DNA of 64,000 nt from the human T2T-CHM13v2.0 reference genome, Homo sapiens. The position numbers and the translations under genes are program-made. The notes beneath the pieces are model-generated. The model did no database searches. It saw only the letters and a program-made list of their open reading frames with translations, and was not told the DNA's origin. Positions 26,946 through 39,102 of the stretch are shown here, in pieces (positions within the stretch are counted from its first letter, which is position 1; each line of letters starts with the position of its first letter). The DNA lies in NCBI RefSeq assembly GCF_009914755.1, contig NC_060928.1; one strand, 5' to 3'.

Positions 26946-27630
26946 TGTCAGGCCTCTGGGCCCAAGACTGTACGTATGCATCCAGATGGCCTGAAGTAAC
27001 TGAAGACTGACAAAAGAAGTGAAAATGGCCTGTTCCTGTCTTACCTGATGCCATTACCTTGTGAAATTCTTTCTCCTGGCTCATTCTGGCTCAAAAGCTC
27101 CCCCACTGAGCACCTTGTGACCCCCACCCCTGCCAGCCAGAGAACAACCCCCTTTGATTGTAATTTTCCACTACCTACTCAAATCCTATAAAACGGCCCC
27201 ACCCCTATCTCCCTTTGCTGACTCTCTTTTCGGACTCAACCCGCTTGCACCCAGGTGATTAAAAAGCTTTATTGCTCACACAAAGCCTGTTTGGTTGTCT
27301 CGTCACACAGACGCGCGTGATATTTGGTGCCGTGACTCGGATCGGGGGACCTACCTTGGAGATCAATCCCTTGTCCTCCTGCTCTTTGCTCCATGAGAAA
27401 GATCCACCTATGACCTTGGGTCCTCAGACCAACCAGCCCAAGGAACATCTCACCAATTTTAAATTGGGTAAGCGGCCTCTTTTTACTTTCTTCTCCAGCC
27501 TCTCTCACTATCCCTCAACCTCTTTCTCCTTTCAATCTTGGCTCCATCCTTCAATGTCTCCCTTCTCTTAATTTCAATTCCTTTCCTTTTCTGGTAGAGA
27601 CAGAGGAGATGCGTTTTATCCGTGAACCCA
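26946..27630 (+). mobile_element. Truncated HERV-H provirus: 5' LTR (type II, LTR7B-like, 26946-27322) plus ~310 bp of leader
   Basis: 'tgtcaggcctct' start; TATAAAA 27187-27193; ATTAAA 27258-27263; PBS; C/T-rich leader ending abruptly at 'atccgtgaaccca'. Confidence 0.93.
27325..27342 (+). promoter_or_regulatory. Retroviral primer-binding site, tRNA-His
   Basis: TGGTGCCGTGACTCGGAT is the 18-nt complement of the tRNA-His 3' end, immediately after the LTR. Confidence 0.95.
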
Positions 27631-28051
27631 CTGATGTATTTAATGATATTTTTCTCTTTACTTTTACACAAAGGAAGCATAGGGTCAAATTTCCTACTCT
27701 GCTACAGACTAGGTAAGGATAATAATATTTATCTTATAGTGTGATGAAGAACAAATGAATTAGTAACGCAAAGTATTTATTGTAAAGTACAAACTTTGCC
27801 ATTGAGTCTGAACCCCTTGATACCACAGGAAGTGATATAAACACTTGCAGGTTTTCGAGGCCTCAGGCCACACCTAGCATCCAGGAAGCGTTCATCTTAA
27901 TGGGATGAGATGGCCATGGGATCTTCTAGGCCTTGTGATGTCTTCTCAAACACCTATTTACCTCTGCCTTTGTAAATCCTTCCTTCCTCTTGCCAACTCA
28001 AATTGAACTGATTTCTTGATTCACGGTGTCACCCTGGTATTCTGTATATAC

Positions 28052-28264
28052 CAATATTTCTCAGCCTTGGCACTTATTGACACATGGGACTGGATAATTC
28101 TTGTTTGTGGGTGGCTATCCTCTTTACTGTGAGATATTTATCAGCACCCATACCCCTATCCGCTAGATGCCAGTAACTCCCTCCCAGCTGTGGCAACCAA
28201 AAATGTCTCCAGATATTGCCAAATATCTCTTAGTGGACAAAACTGCCCCAGTTGAGAAACACTG
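28052..28264. mobile_element. MER20 hAT DNA transposon
   Basis: 'ctagatgccagta...gtggcaaccaaaaatgtctccagatattgccaaat...gttgagaaacactg'. Confidence 0.85.
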
Positions 28265-28289
28265 GTTGTATCATTTATAACGTTTTATT

Positions 28290-28560
28290 GTACCTATTTA
28301 ATAAACATCCATATAGCACATATGTCAAACATTTTTTCTAAAAGCATTGCATATGTTAATAGTAATCCTATGAGTTAGGTGCTGGTATCACATCCAGTTT
28401 ACAATTGAGGAAACTGAAGAACTGAAAGTTTAGAGCTGAGAAAATTTAGGCACAAAGAAGCTAAATGACATCTCCAGGCTAATATATGGAGAGGGGATTT
28501 CTATTCCAGTGGTTTGTTTCCAGAGCCCATGCTGCCAACCACCATGCTATGCTTAATCTC
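28290..28560 (-). mobile_element. MIR
   Basis: 'aatcctatgagttaggt...ccagttttacaattgaggaaactgaa'. Confidence 0.65.
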
Positions 28561-31233
28561 CAGTAAATGAATTTGTTTCCACCCTGAATGTGCAAAGCCC
28601 AGGGCATGGGGGGAGTGGGGTTGGGACTCAGAGTCTATAATTACCTGAAATAATCTAAAATTATTAATAAATATAAATAATGTTACTAATAAAGCAGGAG
28701 CCATGGGCGAAAGATATTATCAAAATAAATCTCACATGTAAGTAGATGGTAATTCCAAAGCATCAAGCACAGTGTAGAATTCCAGCTACATGAAGAAGTG
28801 CCTTTCTACATTCCTACCTCTTTAGCAAGATGTGTTTTATATCACATAGGGGAGGGAAGGTTTCAAGTCTTACGTATTAACTAATTTCTAGATGAGGAAA
28901 CAGATTTAGGGAGATTAGATCACTTCCCAAGATCATAAGGCCAGGGAACAGCAGAAGCAGGTTCAGATTCAGTCTTTTAACATGCCGTCCAGTGCTCTTT
29001 ACTAATTTCTATGGTTTTTTTTCATTCTCTGGCAACTCTAATCTCATTATCAAAATAATCATTCCCATCATTTTCATGATCCATAATTATTCTTTTCTAT
29101 AACTATTTTGGTTATTTATTAAAAACCCACAGTGTATGGCTTACTTTACCTTTTTTCATCCATCACAGAGAAATTAAAAGCTCAAAATGTTAAACACATC
29201 TACGAATGAGTCTGTTATCATCTATGCCATTATTCAAATTATTCTCAGCTCTTACCAGATCACTAGGTTTTGTTTCTTTCACAGTCAAACTTCTTGATGT
29301 TCTGCATAAATGATGTTTGATTTACTGACACGAGGAATAATCTATTCCTAACGATTACAATGTCAGATGCAGTGGTGGAACTATTATAGAATTATTAGAA
29401 CATTCCAAATGTTCAAATTACACTCCCATGGTCCTTTATAGAATCATTCTTTGGTCTTCCAATGGTCACTATGACAGATGATAATTGTACAACTGCTGTT
29501 CTGACTCATGATTAGAGCAACCAGAAAGAATTTTAAATTATTAACAAATTTAAATATGTATAATGTTACTAATAAAACAGCGTCACAGCTGAATATCATC
29601 AAAATAAATCTTACATGCAAGTAGATATTTTTCACCTAAGTTTTATATGATTTGTGGAACATTTAGAAGGTCCTTTGCTTCCTCTAAATGTCTACTTACT
29701 CAAGGGTTATAATGTCTTAAGTCCTAGTATTAGTGAATGAAGCCTTTTACTTACTATGTTCTTTAAAAAGTCAATAGCCCTGGGAAGGAAGTGCTAATTA
29801 AAATTAATTCACACCCAGGTATTAACAGCAGGGCATAGTAATTTCTAGACACAGCTAAAAGACTTACTAACTTACCTTGCTACTTTGAACAAATCACTTA
29901 ACCTCTCTCAGCTTGTGTTTTTTCATCTGGAAAACAGAAATGATGAAATTGACCTGCAAATTCCTATTGTGAGCATTAAATAATTAACACAAATAAAAAC
30001 ACTTTTTAAAGAGTAATATTGCTAATTTTTTTTGCCGAGATTTTGTGTCATTCTTCTAACTAAAAGCACGAGACCTAAGACTGATAAATGCCCAGGATGA
30101 AGGCATTTAAAATAGAATACCTGAACTTCAAATTTTTAGCCACCATAATCCCTGCATGAATTTTTTTTTTTTTAATGATGAGTGTTCAGGATTTGTGGAA
30201 TATTTGAGAGAAAATCGAAGGCCAAACTGACTATAATGTTACTGCCAACAGATAACTCAAATGCTCAGCTGCCGTTCCGCAACTCTATACCAATTACCCA
30301 TGATCCTTCCGCACTTCTGGCTCTCCCTTTTGCAAATGAGAAGACATTTTTCTTCTCCTGATTTGGATGTTTCAATCCAAAATGAAAGTTATATGACTAT
30401 ATTGACTCAGGGAAATGCCATTGAAGACCATCTACTACGTGAGTAAAACCAATGCTTACTATTAACCGGCCTAAGCAAAGAGACTGGGGTCTATGCATTT
30501 GGAAACCAATATATGAATGTTCTGGCATCTGCCAATCTAAATGCTAACAGTAGAAAAAAAAAAAAGCCTTATTGTATTCAGGATGGTCGCCTGAATGAAC
30601 ACTGTGGTTGTCAAGAGCCTGAGAAGTTTCTACCTGCTCTCTAGCTCTCTAAAATTCCACTATTAGGGAGTTCTTAGACTGACCACGTGTTCATAAAGTA
30701 CAAATATTATCTTGTGGAGACGATAGACCCAATAAAGGACTGCCCACCCAGACTAAGAACAGAAACAGTCAACTATTCATCACTTTCCTCTATCTAGATT
30801 CATAGTCATTTCCCACTATTGGCCATTCGCTCTGCCAGGCACTTTTACAAACTTTGCCTATTAAATTTCCCAGCAAATCAGTGACAAAGTTAGGTATTCT
30901 CATTCCCTTTGTGTTACTGATAAAATTACTTAATCTATAGGAGCTAAATATATGGGGGTCAGGTGTGGAGCTGAGACTCAAACTTTAATGTCCTTGCTTT
31001 ATCCCTTGCACACACAACCATGGAATGAATGAAGCTTAACATATTACATGGGAAAGTCCTAACAATATTTTAGAACCACAGTCCTCTGAACTGCTATGGT
31101 TTTTTATTTAAATCTCTTACTGCTTGTATTACCTTTTTTTTTTAATATCCTAACTATTGATGAGCATCTGCCCTGCTAGAATACTGTGTTGTGGCATTTC
31201 CCACAATTCCAAGCATTTTATCTTTTCATTATG

Positions 31234-31268
31234 TTCATTCATTCATTCATTCATTCATTCATTCATTC
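31234..31268. repeat. (TTCA)n tetranucleotide repeat, probably an expanded L2 tail
   Basis: ttcattcattca... read directly. Confidence 0.9.
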
Positions 31269-31864
31269 CTCTCTTATTTTGGGGTCCATGAATACAGAAA
31301 TAAATGCAATGAACTTAGCCTAGTGATTCTCACTTCAACTCTTGTCAAATGAATGAAATGCAGCCTTCCTTGACTATTTTAGTCACTTCCCTAAATCCCT
31401 GGAGATATAAAGTATCCTTTCATAGCTCTTCACTCACACGTGTTTTTTATTTTAGGATTTCTTTTCCACATCAAGTATGTATTTCCAGCAAGTGATACCC
31501 AAGGTCTGGGAAATAGCTTCTCACTTGGTAGAACCTTTTGTCACCTATTTCAAAGACAAATCTATGTTTCACTTCCATCTCACTTTTGCTTTTACAGCCA
31601 TAAACTTGTCTGTACTCATTATAGTTGTGATTGCTGACATGGATAATCAGCCCAATATGTAAAGAGGATTTTCAGAATTTTCACAAGGCTAGAGGAGTTC
31701 CCTGGGTGAAATTTGCCCAAGTTCACATAAAATTCCTGTGCTTGCATGTAATTAGTTTCAAGCTTTTACTTTCTAAGTTATTGACTCCTGGGAGCAGCAC
31801 ACCCACACCTTGCCTTTTTGTTTGTTGAGTTTATTTTTAATATTCTCTGGCATTGCTTTTTACA

Positions 31865-32680
31865 AAATAATTTTTACCTTTATAATACTTTTTGATTTAC
31901 AGGAAAGTTGCAAAGATAATAAAGAGTGTTTCCATATATACATCACCAATTTTTTCCATTGTCAACATCTTGCATTTTCCTGGCACACTTGCCAAAACTA
32001 AAAAAACTAAAAAACTGGACATTGGTACATTACTACTGCCAAAAATTCAGACACCATTTTTTTATCCCAGTATCTAATCCAGGCTACCACACTGCATTTA
32101 GTTGTCATATCTCTACAGTTCTGTGACAGTCTTTTCTTGTTTTTTTTATGACTTTGACACTGTTAAAGATTATTGGCCAGCTATCTTGTATAATTGCCCT
32201 CAATCTGTGTTTTTTTAATGTTTTCTTCACAATTAGACTGGGGATAATGAGTTTGGGCAGAATATCACAGAAGTAAAAGTTGCTTCTTCTCATATTATCT
32301 TATCAGAAGTACCTGACATCCACATGACATGCTGGTGATGGCATCCATTATTAGTTGATTGACACAGTGTTTTTCAGGTTTCTCCATTGTACAGTTATTA
32401 TTTTTTCTCTTTCCTTGTGCTATTCTTAGGAAACAATTACCAACTCTAGCATATTCTCAAGGGAGATGCAGGAAATCTAAACTCTTCTGTTCTGAGAATT
32501 GGAATTAAATTTATTCTGCAAGAATTGTTGAAGGTTGCTTCATCACATTTATTCATTTATTCAACACTTTTTATCATTATGGAGTCATGATTTTATTTTA
32601 TACTTTAGGACCTGATGCAACACTATGTTATTTATTGTGTTTAAATTGTTCCAGCTCTGACCATCAGGAGCTACTTTTGG
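31865..32680 (-). mobile_element. L1MC4-like 3' end fragment
   Basis: 'gatttacaggaaagttgcaaagata', 'cactgcatttagttgtcat', 'caggtttctccattgta'. Confidence 0.75.
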
Positions 32681-34243
32681 TTCTACCACTGCTTTTTATT
32701 TTATGTGCTGACAGAAATAAATTTGCTAAACAATGTCTACTTTGAGAATTAATACAGTTCAACACTTGATTAAGCAGTCGTAAGACAACATGAAAAAGTA
32801 TAAAAATTAAAAATCACAAAATTAAAAGGAAAAAGCACCATGAGGTCAAGGACTTTGATTTAATGTTGGGTCTCCAGTACTTACCGTGATTATAATTGTG
32901 GTCACTGACAGGGATAATAGGACTTTGTCTGGTTTACTCTTGGGTCTCTGGTACTTACAGCAGCATCTAACACACGGTAAAGGCTCCATAACTATTTGTA
33001 AATTTATTGTTTAAGAAAATTATATCCTGTAAATTGCTTGATGAAATTATTTCTTACAACTATATTATCTTTAACTGTTCTTTCTCAGCTGACTTCTGTC
33101 ACACAAATGCATGTGCACATGCATGTGTGCACACATAAGTAAATATATACCCTAACGAGGCAGAGAGGCAGCATTTACTTCTTACCTCTCCTTTCTCTCC
33201 CTTCTCCATCATACTCTCACCAACTTCATAATTTTTAGTCTAGTCTTTTTCAGTCTTTTCTCATTCCACTCTGGCATGGGACTATTTATAAATTGAGGTC
33301 AGTATCTTCTAGAAATATGTCAATTTGATTGTGGGGAAAATATGATTCATATCCCAGTAGACAGAAAGTGGCCTTTATTTGTTGTCAGAGTTGACAATAG
33401 AATATGCTTTTAAATATATAGGTATTCTCATAATAAAGATGTTCTGTTATTTGTTCTGTTATTTATTCTGTTTCATTCATCATTTATCCAACAAACATAT
33501 GTTGGGTGACTACCATGTGCTATGAATTCTGAATTCATAGAAAAGGAAGGCCATCTTCCTCCCACAAGAAATTTGTAGGAGTTGACCAAAAACAATTGTT
33601 CCCAGATTAGGCTTATTGTGGTCACTAATTATACAAAAGTAAATTCCTTTAAAGGATGTTGAATGACCTTCCAATAACAAAGATAGAAATTTGTTTTCCA
33701 AGAGACACTTCAGGATCATGTTTCATTTGCATTTCTCTTCTCTGCAAGCATCCAATGGACCTCATTCTCTTTAACCCTTGTTTTATTTTATCAATAACAT
33801 TAGGAATCTGTTTTGAACTATTTCAAAAAAGCCCCTTCCAGCTAAAATAGTCTCTCTTCTAAGTAGAAGAACAATCACTTTGGTTCGATAGACATGGACT
33901 TGAATTCTGATCCCATTATTTTAGACAAATTGTCTTTGAGGCTTAGTTTCTCAATAGTAGCAATTGACTTAATATAATGACATCTTAAGTGTTTTTGAAA
34001 TATAGAAAGTTTCTAGTTAAAATATGCCTTTCAATAAGTGTTGTTTCCCTCCTTGTCTTTAGTCTTCTCAGCATCTTCTCTGAGTTAATGTTCATGGTCT
34101 TAAATTCTGATATCATCCTTAGGTAAATTCCTTGATTTCTCTAGGATTTAATTTCCTCTTCTGTAGAAATGGCACTGGTATGATTATCTTATCATTTTTT
34201 GGTGACCAAGTGAGGTAATGTATAGAAAATATATGATCCAATA

Positions 34244-34569
34244 CATGCTTATGTCATTTTATTGCACTTTGCTTTATTGTGCTTCACAGATATTGCAGTT
34301 TTTACAAATTGCAGGTTTGCGGCAACCCTCTGTTGAGCAATTCTATTGTACCACTTTTCCAATAGCATATACTTGCTTCATGTCTCTGCATCACATTTTG
34401 GTAATTTTCACAATATTTCAGACTTTTTCATTATTAATTGTCTCTGTTATGGTGATCTGTGATCAGTGATCTTTGACGTTATAATTGTAATTGCTTGTAA
34501 TTGCTTTGGAGCACCGCGAACCACAGCCACATAAGACAGTGAACTTGATTGATAAATATTGTGTGTGTT
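34244..34569 (+). mobile_element. Tigger1 5' fragment (TcMar DNA transposon)
   Basis: Preceded by TA; 'ttttattgcactttgctttattgtgcttcacagatattgc...ggtgatctgtgatcagtgatctttga'. Confidence 0.85.
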
Positions 34570-34874
<305 letters not shown>

Positions 34875-36269
34875 TTAGATGTAGGTTAGACAATGACAAG
34901 ACAGAGAAAACAATCATAGAACTGTAGAGTGAATATAACTAATATGTCTTATAAGTCTCTCTAATTTTTTCTTTATTTTAAAGAAATTAAAATGAGAAAT
35001 TGTATAGGATGAATTACAGGTTAGATTTATGAGAAAGATGGATAAATCATGTTGTTTTATATTTTTAAGTTAAAAACATTATGTTTCCCTGCTACTTTCA
35101 ACCTTTTCGATGATTTGATTAACTGCCCATCCTGATGAGGTTTAATAAAAGGCAACGTACAATAGTGATAAAGTTTCAGTATCTAATACAGGCAACTAGA
35201 AAGGGTCATCATTAGTCAGTATTGTGTATACAGAAAATATGCAAAGATATTTGCTAAGCTAATTATAGAATAATAAGCACCTACAGTAATGTAGAGTCAC
35301 ATTGCTGGAGGTAGTTTGAAGTAGGTAACTCTTCATCCAGGTTGTTGGAGCTGTTACTTCTGCTTTTGTTTGGAGATCAAACTTGTATTCTGAAGTCCTT
35401 GTGCTTTCATAACATTTTGTTTGTCTGAAATTCTAAATTCGATAATTCTATCTTTTAAGTGTAAGACACCATAATGTTGTAGGCACAGTGTTAAAAATTT
35501 TACTTTTCTTTGCATAGATTTTTCTGGGTTAACATAAAAGTAGGGGTTGTGTGATTTCTCACACAACCTGTGGGTTCTTGAGGGAACCCAGAAGTAGACT
35601 GGAGAAAGGGTCTTTTTTTCCCTGTCTAGTTCCAGGAGGTGAACCACACACAAACTGCCTAATTTAGACTACTGCCGAGATAATACTGATTGCGGCCACA
35701 AATCAACCTTGTCAAGTTAAATATGGCACCCACAGAAATTCTCACACATTCTTGGCATTTGTTCTCTTGGTGCTGTGATGGGCTGATTAACAGCTCTGCT
35801 CTTTCAAAAAGACCATCATTCATGGGTTCTGTCTCTCTGACCACTCCCAGTATGACTCATGTTGCTGTATAGGTATGGACTTTTTCACTGCCAAAATAAA
35901 AAAAAGTTATGTTTTCCATGATGTAAATTGAACAGCCATACCTAAGATAGTTCAGCATGGTTACAGCTTGTAATGAAATAAATTATACGTGCAAGAAACA
36001 AAAAAATGTACAGAAATGCAATTTAGATCTTGGAAAATGAAGAGAAAGAATAACAGGTTTGTAAGCTCTTTCTGATTAGCTTGTAACTTGCTGGTGTCTT
36101 TATTAGTAGTTCATTGGAGCCATGTGAGCTCCTGAATCATTGATCAAAGTCAAATCTAAACTCTCCTCTTCCACTCTCATAAAAATAATAGTTAACATAT
36201 ATTGAGACCATATTGTATACCAGAGGCAGTCCTACAGATTTCATGTTTCATGTTTTATTGAATTTTTTG

Positions 36270-36470
36270 AATGCAAGCTTTTTGAACATTAATGTGCATA
36301 ACAATCTCCTAAAGAACTGTTAAAATACAGATTCCTCACTAACATCCTTCCTCCCTAATTTCAATTCTGATTCTGAGTTCTGGGACAAGACCCAATAATT
36401 TGCATTTATAGCTAGCTCCTAGATGACATGGTGCTGGTGCTGCCAGTCCATTAGTTACCCATTGAGTAGT
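36270..36470. mobile_element. MER5A-like hAT DNA transposon inside a MIR
   Basis: 'gttaaaatacagattcct...ttctgattc...aatttgcattta...gctcctagatga'. Confidence 0.6.
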
Positions 36471-37844
36471 TTTGCCGATGACTCTCCGAGTCAGCTACTA
36501 CCATCGTTAACCCCATTTTATTCATGAGAAAACCAATCCTCATGAAGAGACGATAAGAATTTTTCCAGGATCAAGACATTGGAAAAGGTAGAGACAGGAC
36601 TTGGATTTGAGAACAAAATCCACTATCTTAACTACTGCATATATTAAACATTAATCTTGGATTCTACTTTCTCTTCAATTTGATTTGTGAATTAAGTCCT
36701 TAATGTGCCTGGGTGAGCTTAACCTACAAACCAAGAGACTTCTACGGCTAGTAGAACTGGGGGAAATATTCTTACTGGTTTTTATTTACAGCCGAGAAGT
36801 ACAGCGGCTGTAAAAATTAGAAGAGTGAAAGAAACCCTGGTAACGTCTTCTGGTGATTTTGAAGTGGAGAGTTTCAGGCTCAGGCTGCCAGCATTTCTGA
36901 ATAGCAGTTGAGCAACTGGCAACATCCCAGGACCTCAGCAGGACTGGGAATTCTGAATGGACAATATTTCTTTGTTGAATTCCTCCAACTAAGATTAATC
37001 ATGACTGGGCATTGTTTAGACATTGTCAGGGTGTATGCTTTCTAGTAATTGATTTATTTCCACATGGACACCTTGTTTTTAATGCAAATGGTTTCTCTTG
37101 ATGGGTAGATTTTATTCCTCTGTGTGTGCCAGGGGGCAGTGTGGTTTAATCATAGTAATTATGTTTCTTTAGGCCATGTTACATTATTTTTACTTTCTGA
37201 AATCTGTGCTTGTAGCCTACAGGAGGAGGAGATACGGGGTGTTCTATGATTCTTAGTTAAGCTGAGCTTCTAAATCCAGCTCATTTTGTTCTTGTTTTTG
37301 CTTTCCAAATATTGTATTTCTTCAGAGCGGGAACTCTGAGAACACCTGACTTTTGGAAGGCAGCTTTATTAACAAGAAGGTAACCTCATGGAATGGAGGT
37401 GAAATTGCATAAAGTTAGCAACGAATGCCTATTTAAACATTAGAATCAAAGGGAGGCAAAGCAAAACGAAATCCATCATTAATATAAATGTGCTCCATTA
37501 TCAGGGTGCTGAGCCAAGAAATGCCATAGGGTGGGTTAAGAGGGAACTTAGTGACCTTTCAGGACTTTGAAACAGCCACTCAGGAAAGTAGGTCTTGCCT
37601 ATTTTAGACACTCTGAAAATCTAATCCTTGGAATGCAGGGACATTATGGGAATGAAGTCATTTGTCATATATTCTGAGTTCCACATCCAGCTGATATGTT
37701 TATGATGATTGTAGTCGTGTTTCTATGAGTGCTCTCAGGTTCATACACAAGGTGGTCCATTTGTTATTGATATTTGACCACTGTAAGCTCCACAACTTAT
37801 GGGTTGAAATTTATGTGAGCACAAATGACTTCTTTTACCTTCAG

Positions 37845-38075
37845 TAACACAAGAGTGACACTAGAATGTACAGACTTCTAGAGTCAGAATACCTGAGTTT
37901 GAATGCCATCTTTGCTTCTTACTAGTTATGTGACCTTAGGTAAGTAAGTTAACCTCTCTGGCTTTGGTACAGAGGGTTGATGAGAGGATTAAATGGGTTA
38001 ATGTATGTATGTAAAACATTTAGAAAGTGCCTGGCACCTAGCAAATACTATGTTAAATATAAGTATTTACTATTG
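37845..38075 (+). mobile_element. MIR
   Basis: 'ctagagtcagaatacctgagtttgaat...ttactagttatgtgaccttagg...gtgcctggcacctag'. Confidence 0.75.
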
Positions 38076-38418
38076 TAATTGGTGGTCATAAAGTCAACCT
38101 GAAGAGCAGGTTTAATGAGCCATCATGGTCTCTTTTCCTAGATCTTTACCCTAATATTGACTCTTGTAAGCTTCTAATTCTGAGGTGAGAACCAAAATGA
38201 AAGGATCCTAAGGAAAGGCAGAGCTCTTCTAAATACTCTATTCCAGGTCTCTTTTGCTCTGGACTCCATACTGGCTTCTTTTTGGAAAGGGGTCCCTTTG
38301 ACAGGGAAATCAGTTCCTTGCCTGTCTTGCTAAAGCAACTCTAAAAAGAGGCATTGCAAAGAGAAAACGATTCAGAAGAATATATTCAGTGAACAAAATA
38401 TTTAAAAACTGCTTTATT

Positions 38419-39102
38419 GCACATATGGGAACAATAGACTCTGGGACTACTAGGGGAGGGAGGGAGGGGATATGGGTTGAAAAACTACTGGATACTTTCA
38501 TGCGCGTCCGTGTGAAGAGACCACCAAACAGGCTTCGTGTGAGGAACATGGTTGTTTATTTCACCTGGGTGCAGGAAGGCTGAGTCCGAAAAGAGAGTCA
38601 GCAAAGGGTGGTGGATTATCATTAGTTCTTATAGGTTTTGGGATAGGCGGTGAAGATAAGAGCAATGTTTTGCGGGCAGGGGTGGATCTCACAAAGTACA
38701 TTCTCAAGGGTGGGGAGAATTACAAAGAACCTTCTTAAGGGTGGGGGAGATTACAAAGTACCTTCTTAAGGGTGGGGGAGATTACAAAGTACATTGATCA
38801 GTTAGGGTGGGGCAGAAACAAATCACAATGGTGGAATGTCATCAGTTAAGGCTATTTTTACTTCTTTTGCGGATCTTCAGTTACTTCAGGCCATCTGGAT
38901 GTATACGTGCAAGTCACAGGGGATGCGACAGCTTGGCTTGGGCTCAGAGGCCTGACAGATACTATGCTGACTACCTGAGTGATGGGATCTGTACCCAAAG
39001 CCTCAGCATCATACAATTTACCCATGTAACACACCTGTACATGTACCTCCATTATCTAAAATAAAGCCAAAATTTAAAAAACAAAAAACAAACAAAAAAA
39101 AA
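38419..39102 (+). mobile_element. Old L1PA/L1PB 3' end fragment split by solo LTR7
   Basis: 'gggaacaatagactctgggactactagggg...gggttgaaaaactac' resumes after the LTR as 'tatgctgactacctgagtgatgg...cccatgtaacacacctgtacatgtacc' with A-tail. Confidence 0.8.
38496..38957 (-). mobile_element. HERV-H solo LTR (LTR7, type I)
   Basis: Complete LTR 'tgtcaggcctctgagccc...cacacggacgcgcatgaaa' on the minus strand; perfect 5-bp TSD GATAC at 38491-38495 and 38958-38962. Confidence 0.96.

Noticed and set aside
33107-33136. Overlapping 18- and 14-bp palindromes (atgcatgtgcacatgcat)
   Set aside because: Expected by-product of alternating TG/CA simple sequence
37123-37141. CTCF-like motif gtgccagggggcagtg
   Set aside because: The conserved CC at motif positions 4-5 is absent; cannot be supported without ChIP data
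38706-38798. 31-bp repeats as a CRISPR-like array
   Set aside because: No spacers; these are tandem LTR7 U3 units in primate DNA
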